The translations under genes and the position numbers were made by a program. From positions 448,001-512,000 of the forward strand of contig CAXXFF010000002.1 in NCBI GenBank assembly GCA_963676835.2: a stretch of 64,000 nt of DNA. The letters are read 5' to 3'. This document shows, piece by piece, positions 18,352 through 27,901 of this stretch (position 1 is the stretch's first letter; the number at the start of each line of letters is the position of its first letter). The stretch is from Marispirochaeta sp. (lineage in GTDB: Bacteria > Spirochaetota > Spirochaetia > JC444 > Marispirochaetaceae). The notes below the pieces were generated by a model, which was not told the DNA's origin, did no database searches, and was given only the letters and a program-made list of their open reading frames with translations.

Positions 18352-20535
18352 TTAAAACTTCTTCAACAGCGTCCGCAGCTCACGCCATCCCCGGATATGA
18401 TACCCCGCCCGGGAAAGGGCCATGCCGACTTTAACTGAATAGGCATCTTCGGGAAGAACATCAAAAAGGTCTTCATCGGTATGATCATCCCCTACACCGA
18501 AAACGAAATCGTACTCTTCTCCCCGGAGCCATTCCGTAGCAGCAATGCCCTTGTTTACAAATGAATCCTTCACCTCAAGAACCTTGTTTCCATCCAGAAT
18601 CCCCAGGTTCATGTTTTCTGTAACACTGTGGAGAGAGTCTTTCAATTCTCCAAGGCGCAATGCCGCCAGGTCGGGCTCACAGCGGCGGTAGTGCCAGGCC
18701 AGGGAGAACTCCTTTTCTTCGATAAAAGACCCGGGAGTACGGTCAGTGTAGTTTTCCAGAATAGTACGGATTGTCTCCTTCCATTCGGTGGAAAAGAGTT
18801 CTGCCTTTTCCCAGTCGGCCCCTTTCATTTTTATAAAGCTTCCATGCCCGGCGGCCATCTCAACATCCTGCCCGGCAAAGAAATCATCCAGGTCCTGCGG
18901 CTGACGTCCACTGATTACCACTACCCGGTTCTCTTTTCTGGAGCTTAGTTTTTTAATTATCTCAATAAGCTCGTCATCGGGACGAGCCTTTTCCGGACTG
19001 TCCTGAAAACCGACCAGAGTACCGTCGTAGTCAAGAAACAGAATCGCCTTCTTTGATTCATGGTATCGTTTGAGCATATCCTCTTCGACGGTATGAATCA
19101 TGTTGCGTCCCGACTGCAGCTGCTGATAATCCTGGACTTCCTTCATCTTGACCAGAAAATCCCTGGCCCAGAACTGCACATTGTAACGGGCAATCCGTTT
19201 TTTCATCACCACATTGCGGCGCTTCTGTTCCTTCCTGTCCAGATTCAGCCCTGTTTCTATTGCATCGGATATGCCCTGAATGTCATTCGGATTGATCACC
19301 AGAGATTCCCCCAGCTCGTGGGCGGCCCCGGCGGTTTCACTGAGAATCAGCACTCCCGTGTCATCCGAGCGGGCAGCCAGGTACTCCTTGGCGATAAGGT
19401 TCATACCATCCCGGAGAGCTGTCACCAGAAGAAGATCTGCTTCCATATACAGGGCAGTCAGATCTTCAAAAGAAAATGACCGGTAGAAGAAATGAACCGG
19501 TGTCCAGCCAAGACTGCCGTGTTTACCGTTAACAATACTTACCAGCTCCCGGATCTCCCGCAGAAGTTCCTGATATCCTTCCACCTCAGTTCTTGACGGT
19601 GCAACAATAAGATAAAGCTCAACTTTTTCACGATAATCCGGATGCTGATCCAGAAACATCATAAATCCCTTGATTCTCTCGGGGATTCCCTTGGTGTAGT
19701 CCAGACGATCCACAGAGAGAATAGTGGCACGGTTGGCCAGCTGCCGCCGGGTTTCCGTAAGGGCTTTAATCACATTTTTGTCCTTCCCGGCATGGCTGTA
19801 TTTCTCATAGTCGATTCCCATGGGAAAAACATCGGCCCGGACAAGACGCTGACCTGCGGTCAGATAACCCATGCTGTACTCATATCCCAGAAGCCTGCGG
19901 GCACTGGAGATAAAGTGACGAACATAGTCATAGGTATGAAAGCCTAAGAGGTCTGCCCCCATAAGGCCTTCCATAATCTCCTCCCGCCAGGGCATTAAAC
20001 GCATAATCTCATAAGAGGGAAAAGGTATATGCAGGAAGAAGCCGACCAGGGCATCGGGGAACTCGCGGCGGATCATTTCCGGCAGAAGCATAAGCTGGTA
20101 ATCGTGAACCCAGATGGTATCCCCGGGCTCGATGTAAGGCTTAAGTTCATCAAAAAAGCGCTGGTTTACCCGCCGGTAGGCCTCCCACTGATGAGCCTCA
20201 TAATGGGAACGGTTGGCAAAATAGTGAAAAAGGGGCCAGATGGCTTCGTTACAGAAGCCCAGGTAGTACTCCTCAAAATCATGCTTTGATATCTGAAAGG
20301 GAACACAGTGCTCCTCTCTCAGCATGGCCTCCTTCAGCGTCTTCTCCTCCTGGGGAGAAACATCTTCCTCATGAAGGCCGCTCCAGCCTACCCAGAGGGA
20401 GTCACCCTGGTCGTGCACGGAACTCAGGCCCGTGGCAAGTCCGCCGATGCTGCGTATAAAGCCGTATTCTCCTGTCTTGTCATCCCGGGCAATGGTTACC
20501 GGAAGTCTGTTTGATACAAATATTATTTTTCCCAT
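18352..20535 (-). CDS. Bifunctional trehalose-6-phosphate synthase/phosphatase (GT20 + HAD fusion)
   Basis: VSNRLP, WVHDYQL, FFLHIPFP, VDRLDYTKG, RDGMNL; HAD motifs FLDYDGTL, GDDHTDED. Confidence 0.95.
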   Translation of the reverse strand: MGKIIFVSNRLPVTIARDDKTGEYGFIRSIGGLATGLSSVHDQGDSLWVGWSGLHEEDVSPQEEKTLKEAMLREEHCVPFQISKHDFEEYYLGFCNEAIWPLFHYFANRSHYEAHQWEAYRRVNQRFFDELKPYIEPGDTIWVHDYQLMLLPEMIRREFPDALVGFFLHIPFPSYEIMRLMPWREEIMEGLMGADLLGFHTYDYVRHFISSARRLLGYEYSMGYLTAGQRLVRADVFPMGIDYEKYSHAGKDKNVIKALTETRRQLANRATILSVDRLDYTKGIPERIKGFMMFLDQHPDYREKVELYLIVAPSRTEVEGYQELLREIRELVSIVNGKHGSLGWTPVHFFYRSFSFEDLTALYMEADLLLVTALRDGMNLIAKEYLAARSDDTGVLILSETAGAAHELGESLVINPNDIQGISDAIETGLNLDRKEQKRRNVVMKKRIARYNVQFWARDFLVKMKEVQDYQQLQSGRNMIHTVEEDMLKRYHESKKAILFLDYDGTLVGFQDSPEKARPDDELIEIIKKLSSRKENRVVVISGRQPQDLDDFFAGQDVEMAAGHGSFIKMKGADWEKAELFSTEWKETIRTILENYTDRTPGSFIEEKEFSLAWHYRRCEPDLAALRLGELKDSLHSVTENMNLGILDGNKVLEVKDSFVNKGIAATEWLRGEEYDFVFGVGDDHTDEDLFDVLPEDAYSVKVGMALSRAGYHIRGWRELRTLLKKF

Positions 20536-20572
20536 ACTTACCTCAAATTAACAATGTGCGCTGTATTGCTGA

Positions 20573-21457
20573 TTAACGACTCAAGAGAAAATCCCGCATA
20601 AGAACTGCCGCCCGGGAAGGAAGGGATTCACCAAGACTGGCAATTCCAAGTTCCCGCTCCGGCAGCGGGGGGTCAGTTTTCACAATAAATAATTCCCCTG
20701 AAGAGATTGCTTCTTCAGCACTTTTTTCTTCAACATGAGCAATGCCGAAACCGATTTTGGCAAACTCTTCCAGAAGATCAATACTCTCAAGCTCTATAGA
20801 AGGTACTGCTTTAACCCCGTTGGCGTCGAGAAAACTGTCCAAAAGCCTGCGGGTAGTGCTCTCGCTGTTCAGCAGAAGCAGCGGATACTCAAGCAGCTCT
20901 CCCAAAGAGATGGTTTTCCCTTCAAGTTCCGCATATCTGCCGGAAGCGGCAAATATGTCCCGGACCTTTTTAAAGGGCCGTACCGTAAAAGGTGCCGCTC
21001 CGGGTGGAATAGTTATAATTCCGAAATCGATACTGCCGCTCTGAAGCAGCGAGAGAATCCCGGTACTGGTGCGGTTTTTTACCTGAATTCGGATTCCCGG
21101 ATAGGCCTCGGCAAAATCCTTAAAGAGAGGAATAAGATGATAGCGGCAGATAGTGTCACTCACTCCGATACGGACTTCTCCGGATTCAAAACCGGCCATC
21201 TCTTTTAAGAGCCGTTCTCCAGCATCGAAATTACCGACTCCCCGGGCTACATGGTGAAAGAGCATCTCACCCTCCCGGCTTAAGCGGACTTTACGGCCGT
21301 CCCTTAAAAAAAGAGCCGTTCCAAGACGGGACTCCAGATTCTTTATGGCCTGGCTGACGGCGGACTGGGTAATATTCAGTTCCTCCGCTCCCCGGGTAAA
21401 GCTTCCGGCACGGGCTACACAGTGGAATATTCTGTAGAGTTCGTAATCAACATACAT
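20573..21457 (-). CDS. LysR family transcriptional regulator
   Basis: GSFTRGAEELNITQSAVSQAIKNLE HTH; divergent from purL; T-N11-A box ATAAGCACTGCTAAT at its start. Confidence 0.93.
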   Translation of the reverse strand: MYVDYELYRIFHCVARAGSFTRGAEELNITQSAVSQAIKNLESRLGTALFLRDGRKVRLSREGEMLFHHVARGVGNFDAGERLLKEMAGFESGEVRIGVSDTICRYHLIPLFKDFAEAYPGIRIQVKNRTSTGILSLLQSGSIDFGIITIPPGAAPFTVRPFKKVRDIFAASGRYAELEGKTISLGELLEYPLLLLNSESTTRRLLDSFLDANGVKAVPSIELESIDLLEEFAKIGFGIAHVEEKSAEEAISSGELFIVKTDPPLPERELGIASLGESLPSRAAVLMRDFLLSR

Positions 21458-21551
21458 TAGCAGTGCTTATAGATATAATAAATAACATTAATTTTACTAA
21501 CTTTCAAGTTTCCTGTATGGTTAGGTCATAGCACCCGCCAAAGGAGCCGTT

Positions 21552-24500
21552 ATGGTACGCCGCGTTTATGTAGAGAAACTCTCCCAGTATGCCCATGAGG
21601 CACATCATGTCCTCCACGACCTGAGAGAACGAATGGGTATTTCCGCCCTGAAATCAGTCCGCCTGCTTCACCGCTACGATGTTGAAGGTATTGAAGAAAA
21701 GGACTTTATCCGCGCCTGCGAGACCATCCTGGCAGAAGCTCCGGTAGACAGGCTCAGCTTTGATCCTCCTCCAGCCGGTTCCGGCATTGCAATTATTGCT
21801 ATTGAAGCCCTCCCCGGACAGTACGACCAGCGGGCGGATTCGGCTGCCCAGGCCATCCAGCTTATGACCCACGGCGCACCACCGGCGGTTGCCGCAGCGG
21901 GAGTATGGCTCTTTGAAGGCAGCCTGACTGCTGAGGATATGCAGACCATCAAATCATTCCTTATTAACCCTGTTGAAGCACGGGAAGCCTCCCTGGAAAT
22001 CCCCGCAAGCCTTGACCTTGATGCACCGGAACCGGGAGTAATTCCCTCTATAGAAGGCTTCATATCCGGAGACAGTTCATTTCTTTCAACTCTCCGCAGC
22101 GAATACGGCCTGGCAATGTCCGAGGCAGACCTTGCACTCTGTCAGGAGTATTACCGTGATACGGAAAAGCGGAATCCAACGGAAACAGAAATCAGGGTAC
22201 TGGATACCTACTGGTCCGATCACTGCCGGCATACAACCTTCCTTACCCGCATAGAAAAGGTCGATTTCGGAACAGACCGGATCTCTAAAAAGATTGAAGA
22301 GAGCTACAAGCAGTACCTAACGGTAAAAGAGACGTATGCCGCCCATAAATCAATCTGCCTTATGGACCTTGCCACCATAGTAATGAAGCAGTTCCGCAAA
22401 GAGGGCAAGCTTGACAACCTGGAGGTTTCCGAGGAGATCAACGCCTGCAGTATAAGAGTCGAGGCGGAGATTGACGGCAAGAAAGAACCCTGGCTGATAA
22501 TGTTCAAAAACGAGACCCATAACCACCCCACGGAAATTGAACCCTTCGGCGGTGCTGCAACCTGTCTGGGCGGAGCCATCCGTGACCCCCTTTCCGGCCG
22601 CTCCTATGTCTATCAGGCTATGCGTGTTACCGGTTCCGGTGACCCCAGGGTTCCTGTCAGCAAAACCATTGCCGGTAAACTTCCCCAGCGGACCATTTCC
22701 ACCGTAGCGGCACGGGGATACAGTTCCTACGGCAACCAGATAGGACTTGCAACCGGTAAAGTGCATGAAATTTACCATCCCGGCTATGTGGCAAAAAGAA
22801 TGGAGATCGGTGCCGTTGTCGGTGCTGCTCCAGAAGACAGTGTAAGCCGTCTGGAACCCGCAGCAGGAGATCTGATCGTTCTTATTGGCGGCCGCACCGG
22901 ACGGGACGGCATCGGCGGTGCCACCGGCTCCTCCAAGGAACACAACCTGGACTCTTTGGCCGAATGTGGCGCAGAGGTACAGAAAGGTAACCCCCCTACA
23001 GAAAGAAAGCTGCAGCGCCTCTTTCGGGACCGGGAATTTGCGAAAAAGATCAAGCGCTGTAACGACTTCGGCGCCGGCGGTGTTTCCGTTGCCGTTGGAG
23101 AACTTGCACCGGGGCTCAGGATTAATCTCGATGCGGTTCCCCGCAAATACCATGGTCTCAACGGTACGGAACTTGCCATTTCTGAATCTCAGGAACGCAT
23201 GGCCATTGTGGTTGAAAAAGAAGACCTGGACTATTTTATCTGCCGCTCGGCAGAAGAGAATCTTGAAGCAACCCTTATTGCCGAGGTAACTGATGACAAC
23301 CGGCTGGTAATGGAGTGGAAGGGAACAAAAATTGTCGACCTTTCCCGGGAATTCCTGGATACCAACGGTGCAGAACAGACTACCAGCGCGGAGATTACCG
23401 GCACTCTTTCAGACAAAGAACCTTTCACCGCCGGGAAAGGTTCAGCAGACATAAAGAACGAATTCCTGACCAGACTTTCCAGTCTGGACTCCTGCGGACA
23501 GGAAGGGCTGGGCCAGCTCTTTGACTCCACCATTGGGGCAGGTTCAGTATTAATGCCCTTTGGAGGAAAAACCCAGACCAGCCCCGCCGATGGAATGGCA
23601 GCCCTTATTCCCGTGGAAAAAGGCAGCACCACAACTGCCACCCTGATGAGCTTCGGTTTTGATCCCCGGATTTCATCCTGGAGTCCTTACCATGGAGCAG
23701 TCTATGCAGTACTTCAGAGTGCCGCCCGGATAGCCGCCATGGGCGGTAATTTCCGTGATATCCGCCTTACCTTTCAGGAGTACTTTGAGCGGCTGGGCAG
23801 CGATCCTGCAAAATGGGGAAAACCCTTGGCGGCATTGTTAGGTGCCTTCCACGCTCAGGAGAAGATGGGTATCGCCGCCATCGGGGGAAAAGACTCCATG
23901 TCCGGAACCTTCGAGGATCTGCATGTGCCCCCCACTCTGGTATCCTTCGCGGTTGCCCCGGTAAAGGCATCTCAGGTTGTATCACAGGAGCTGAAAAAGG
24001 CCGGATCGAGCCTGGTGCTTCTTACGGTACCCCGGGATGCCGACGGCCTCCCCGATCTGAATACGGCTATGGATATCTACGACGCTGTACATAAAGCAGC
24101 ATTCGCAGGCTTAATACTGAGCGCAAAAACCATTGGTCCCGGCGGCCTCGGCGTAAGTCTTGCAGAGATGGCATTCGGCAACAGCCTGGGTATCAGCCTG
24201 GATGGATCATGGACAAGTGAAGAGCTTTTCAGCCTCAGTTACGGAAGCCTGATTCTGGAGCTTGAAAATGATCAGATCAGCGAACTGAAAGGACTTAATG
24301 CAGAGACCATCGGAACAGTTACAGAAACGGCTGAAATAATCGGCAGCGGCTGGTCAGTTTCTCTTAAAGACGCCCTGGAGGCATGGCGCCAACCCCTTGG
24401 GGAGATATACCCCATATCCGCCCCGGCGAACACAGAAATAGTGTCAGTTAAAGCTGAAAAAGCCGGCACTCCAGCAGCCAGAACTGCCAAGATTGCATCC

Positions 24501-25292
24501 CCCCGGGTGCTGATTCCTGTTTTCCCCGGAACCAACTGCGAGTATGATTCCGCCGAAGCTTTCCGCCGCGCAGGAGGTACCCCGGATATCAAGGTTCTGC
24601 GCAACCTTACCCCGGCAATGGTGGAGGATTCCATCCACCAGATGGCGGAAGGCCTCAAAAACAGCCAGATACTGATGATCCCCGGCGGCTTCAGCGCCGG
24701 AGACGAACCGGAAGGCTCCGGCAAGTTTATCGCCGCCTTCTTCAGCAACCCGGAACTCTCCGATGCCGTTGAGGAGTTCCTATCCCGGGACGGGCTCATA
24801 CTTGGAATCTGTAATGGATTTCAGGCGCTCATCAAACTGGGACTTCTGCCATGGGGGCACATTGCTCCCTTGAAGCCGGAAAGTCCGACATTGACCTTCA
24901 ATACCCTGAGCGCCCACGTAAGCCGCTTTGTTACAACCCGCATCGAGACCACCGCATCCCCCTGGCTACAGCATACCAGTGTCGGCGATACCCACTGGAT
25001 ACCCGTATCCCACGGAGAAGGACGCTTTGTTGCTGAGCCGGCCGTATTGAAGCAGCTTGAAGAAGCCGGACAGATTGCCGCCCGATATGTCGACGCTTCA
25101 GGCACCCCAACCATGGCAGGACCGGCAAACCCCAATGGCTCCATGAATGCAGTAGAAGCCCTGATAAGCCCCGACGGAAGAATCCTCGGCAAGATGGGGC
25201 ACTCCGAGAGATACCGGCCGGGACTGTTCAGGAACATCCCGGGAGACAAGGATCAGGGACTGTTCAGGTCGGGAGTGGAGTATTTCGGGTAA
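21552..25292 (+). CDS. purL: Phosphoribosylformylglycinamidine synthase (fused PurL with glutaminase domain)
   Basis: WSDHCRH, KNETHNHPTEIEPFGGAATC, DFGAGG, SESQERM, PGTNC, GICNGFQ, MGHSER. Confidence 0.97.
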   Translation: MVRRVYVEKLSQYAHEAHHVLHDLRERMGISALKSVRLLHRYDVEGIEEKDFIRACETILAEAPVDRLSFDPPPAGSGIAIIAIEALPGQYDQRADSAAQAIQLMTHGAPPAVAAAGVWLFEGSLTAEDMQTIKSFLINPVEAREASLEIPASLDLDAPEPGVIPSIEGFISGDSSFLSTLRSEYGLAMSEADLALCQEYYRDTEKRNPTETEIRVLDTYWSDHCRHTTFLTRIEKVDFGTDRISKKIEESYKQYLTVKETYAAHKSICLMDLATIVMKQFRKEGKLDNLEVSEEINACSIRVEAEIDGKKEPWLIMFKNETHNHPTEIEPFGGAATCLGGAIRDPLSGRSYVYQAMRVTGSGDPRVPVSKTIAGKLPQRTISTVAARGYSSYGNQIGLATGKVHEIYHPGYVAKRMEIGAVVGAAPEDSVSRLEPAAGDLIVLIGGRTGRDGIGGATGSSKEHNLDSLAECGAEVQKGNPPTERKLQRLFRDREFAKKIKRCNDFGAGGVSVAVGELAPGLRINLDAVPRKYHGLNGTELAISESQERMAIVVEKEDLDYFICRSAEENLEATLIAEVTDDNRLVMEWKGTKIVDLSREFLDTNGAEQTTSAEITGTLSDKEPFTAGKGSADIKNEFLTRLSSLDSCGQEGLGQLFDSTIGAGSVLMPFGGKTQTSPADGMAALIPVEKGSTTTATLMSFGFDPRISSWSPYHGAVYAVLQSAARIAAMGGNFRDIRLTFQEYFERLGSDPAKWGKPLAALLGAFHAQEKMGIAAIGGKDSMSGTFEDLHVPPTLVSFAVAPVKASQVVSQELKKAGSSLVLLTVPRDADGLPDLNTAMDIYDAVHKAAFAGLILSAKTIGPGGLGVSLAEMAFGNSLGISLDGSWTSEELFSLSYGSLILELENDQISELKGLNAETIGTVTETAEIIGSGWSVSLKDALEAWRQPLGEIYPISAPANTEIVSVKAEKAGTPAARTAKIASPRVLIPVFPGTNCEYDSAEAFRRAGGTPDIKVLRNLTPAMVEDSIHQMAEGLKNSQILMIPGGFSAGDEPEGSGKFIAAFFSNPELSDAVEEFLSRDGLILGICNGFQALIKLGLLPWGHIAPLKPESPTLTFNTLSAHVSRFVTTRIETTASPWLQHTSVGDTHWIPVSHGEGRFVAEPAVLKQLEEAGQIAARYVDASGTPTMAGPANPNGSMNAVEALISPDGRILGKMGHSERYRPGLFRNIPGDKDQGLFRSGVEYFG

Positions 25293-25305
25293 AGAATAAG
25301 AGATG

Positions 25306-25347
25306 AAAAGACCCTGCATCAGGAGTCCTGTTGCAGGGTTTTTTTAT
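25306..25347. terminator. Intrinsic terminator after purL, probably bidirectional with vapC
   Basis: AAAAG-ACCCTGCA...TGCAGGGT-TTTTTT. Confidence 0.75.
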
Positions 25348-25376
25348 ATGTGTACCTGTCAAACATTTACAGATTG

Positions 25377-25775
25377 TCAGCAAGTCCAGTCTTCCAACAA
25401 TAAATCTTCAACGCGGCAGAATTCTCTTGTGTTATTTGTAACCAGTATCAGATTATTTGATAGTGCCTGGCCTGCCAGGAGCAAATCTATAGGTCCGATT
25501 TGCCTGCCGGCTTTTTTCAGAATAGCTTTCCATTTTCCATAAGCAATTGCATCCTTGTCAGTAAAGTTTAAAACAGTAAAAACAGATAGAAACTCAATAA
25601 GAGCCTGCCTGTTTTTGTTCGGATACAAACTTCCCTCGATCCCCGCTTCCATTTCGGCGATGGTCAGAGAAGAAACATACATCCCGTTATTAATATTTTT
25701 CTTAATCTTGTTTATTACTTTATCTGACCTTTTTCTAATCGCATAGATGCAAATATTTGTATCAAGTAAATACAT
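25377..25775 (-). CDS. vapC: VapC PIN-domain toxin
   Basis: MYLLDTNICIY, SSLTIAEM, IGPIDLLLAGQA, LVTNNTREF..V..L.LEDW. Confidence 0.93.
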   Translation of the reverse strand: MYLLDTNICIYAIRKRSDKVINKIKKNINNGMYVSSLTIAEMEAGIEGSLYPNKNRQALIEFLSVFTVLNFTDKDAIAYGKWKAILKKAGRQIGPIDLLLAGQALSNNLILVTNNTREFCRVEDLLLEDWTC

Positions 25776-26004
25776 CAGAAAAATCCCGGTCCTGGGCAAT
25801 CCCCTGATCTCGTCCATCCTGCATAAAATCTTCGCTGAACGAACTGATGCCATGTAGAAATGTTTCCCAGATTTTATCTGCCGGGACAAGAATAACTATA
25901 TCGCCATGTTTCTGTACAATTACTTCTTTCCCGGAAAACTGGCACTCTTTCGGAAGCCTGACAGCCTGACTTCTCCCGTTCATAAACAGTTTTGCTCTGG
26001 TCAT
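25762..26004 (-). CDS. vapB: VapB antitoxin (AbrB/MazE fold)
   Basis: AKLFMNGRSQAVRLPKE; GGAGG RBS; overlaps vapC start. Confidence 0.92.
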   Translation of the reverse strand: MTRAKLFMNGRSQAVRLPKECQFSGKEVIVQKHGDIVILVPADKIWETFLHGISSFSEDFMQDGRDQGIAQDRDFSDVFT

Positions 26005-26097
26005 AAGATGTCCTCCCCTGAATAATATACCATGATACATCACAGATATCCAGCGGATTAGCATTCGAGCATAATTCCGTAATCATGCATTATGAGT

Positions 26098-26152
26098 ACT
26101 CCGAGGGTTACCGCCCGGGACTGTTTAAATCGGGTGTGGAGTATTTCGGGTA
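26098..26152 (+). repeat. Degenerate direct copy of the purL 3' end
   Basis: ACTCCGAGGGTTACCGCCCGGGACTGTTTAAATCGGGTGTGGAGTATTTCGGGTA matches 25201-25291 apart from a 36-bp internal deletion and several substitutions. Confidence 0.85.
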
Positions 26153-26249
26153 TATTTTAGTGCAGTAAATCAGGGATATACCATCACTGAACGTCAGCCA
26201 AAGAGCCTGATTAATAATTCAAACGGGGTTTTCCATTTTTGGGACTTGC

Positions 26250-26350
26250 AAAAAATAAGCCCCCTGGGCTTTCACGTAACAGGAGGCTGAGCTGCCGGGG
26301 GCTATGCCCCTGACAAGTTAAATTTACGAAAGAAGTCGTAAACTTGTCAA
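26250..26350 (-). ncRNA. Candidate small RNA or attenuator with its own promoter
   Basis: Minus strand TTGACA-18-TAAATT, then a GC-rich hairpin AGCCCCC...GGGGGCT followed by TATTTTTT. Confidence 0.35.
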
Positions 26351-26621
26351 CGGTTGATCAGGAAGCTTTAATAACTGCTCAAATCCTTAGAAATGAATCC
26401 CCAATATTACTGAATTCTCTTATGTTTATTATAGTAACACCCATTACCGTAAAACAGGTTACGATAATTCATTCAAACAAAACTGGAGGGCTGCATTATT
26501 TACATAGCACCGGCGTTGTTCTGCACATTTCGCGCACATTCTGCGCGCAGGAGTGTTTATAATTCATTACAATATAATACTTTATTGATATTTCTTGCTG
26601 TTTTCATGTATAAAGTACTCC

Positions 26622-27719
26622 ATGAAAAAGACACTTCTTATCCTTTTTACAGCCCTTTGTTTTTCCGTGTCTATCTCTGCAGCACCGGATTCTGTATACG
26701 AATCCAACTATTACTATCTGTTTGAATATGCCCTGCTGCAGGGGCTTAGCCCCTTTGCCATCTCTGGGCAGAAACAGGCGGAATCGCGCATTACGGATCC
26801 TTCGTTTTCCATATTGATGTCCCAGTCATATGCCATGGGTTTTCTGCCGTCCTATATAGGCTTAAATATCCGGCTTATGGACAGTGATTCATACTCAATA
26901 TACGCCAATGGCTCAGGCTCTGTTCAGTTCCATGAGGACTATTTGGGTATGACAGGCGCCCTGGGAGGAGCAGTCGATTTCAAGGACTATGGAAAAATCA
27001 GCCTTGATTTTTCTACAATCACCCAATGGTTCGGCCCATATGGACCCGGGTATGAGGACTACGATGGGAAGCACTTCTTTACCTCTGCCCTGGAACTGTA
27101 CACCGGCAAATTCTTTGATTCACCCCTGGTCCCTTCGTCCATCGAAATCAAGGCAATTCATGGAGACCAGCTTATTGACGGATTTGTTTCATCCTTCATC
27201 TACAATACAGAGAATGTAGAGACTCCCTTTCTCTACTCCATAGGTCATTCCGGACGGCTGAATATGTTCTTCGGAGAGGTCTATTGCGTTAATCCCTTTG
27301 ATGAAAGATTTTCATTCAACCTCGGATATCTTTCTGATTCGCCTTTCATCAACAGCATCGGGGTTAACTACGACTTTATTACCGGCTACAACAGGAAGCA
27401 TGGAATAAAGCGGACTACTGAACAGGATAAAAAGGCAATTGTACGGCTGGAACTGGGGGTGGAATATAAAGCCTACACAGACTGGCAGCAGGATTATTAC
27501 GATGCCTCGGAGCACAGTTTTGCTGTAAACATTACCTTCCGCATGCTCGCTAACCTGGACGACAAGAGTTCAGGAACAAAAAATACCATGGGTACGGAAA
27601 TAAACGGTGGTTGGTTTACCAAACTCCTCTACGATACAATAACCGGATCCGATAATCCTGATATATCGAGAACTATCTCGATGTTCGCCATGTCGGGACA
27701 GGGTGAAGCAGAGGAGTAA
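26622..27719 (+). CDS. Hypothetical exported protein (possible outer-membrane beta protein)
   Basis: Signal peptide MKKTLLILFTALCFSVSISA; aromatic/Gly-rich amphipathic strands. Confidence 0.65.
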   Translation: MKKTLLILFTALCFSVSISAAPDSVYESNYYYLFEYALLQGLSPFAISGQKQAESRITDPSFSILMSQSYAMGFLPSYIGLNIRLMDSDSYSIYANGSGSVQFHEDYLGMTGALGGAVDFKDYGKISLDFSTITQWFGPYGPGYEDYDGKHFFTSALELYTGKFFDSPLVPSSIEIKAIHGDQLIDGFVSSFIYNTENVETPFLYSIGHSGRLNMFFGEVYCVNPFDERFSFNLGYLSDSPFINSIGVNYDFITGYNRKHGIKRTTEQDKKAIVRLELGVEYKAYTDWQQDYYDASEHSFAVNITFRMLANLDDKSSGTKNTMGTEINGGWFTKLLYDTITGSDNPDISRTISMFAMSGQGEAEE

Positions 27720-27791
27720 AACCTCTGCAGAAGGATATCCCGGGGCCGCAGCAGTGCGGCCCTTTTACAGCTTATTAACATTAGAACCTTT

Positions 27792-27845
27792 CAATTGGAC
27801 GACACCTAACTTGCAATTGGACGTTTACTTGTTTACAATTAGACG
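27792..27845 (+). repeat. Three 10-bp direct repeats with exact 22-bp period
   Basis: CAATTGGACG at 27792 and 27814, CAATTAGACG at 27836. Confidence 0.85.
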
Positions 27846-27901
27846 TAATAGAATGTATAAAACTCTCTCCGCGCTATATTCTTCCCCGTCTAATCGAGGC
27901 A

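Noticed and set aside
26221..26310. c-di-GMP-I riboswitch
   Set aside because: Superficial CAAAC...GGGAC..GCAAA resemblance but lacks the P1 GNRA stem and conserved P2 features
26281..26321. Type I toxin ORF after the plus-strand AGGAGG
   Set aside because: Only a 5-9-codon non-hydrophobic ORF follows
26523..26550. GCACATT direct repeats upstream of the exported protein gene
   Set aside because: Only two short copies; not distinguishable from chance
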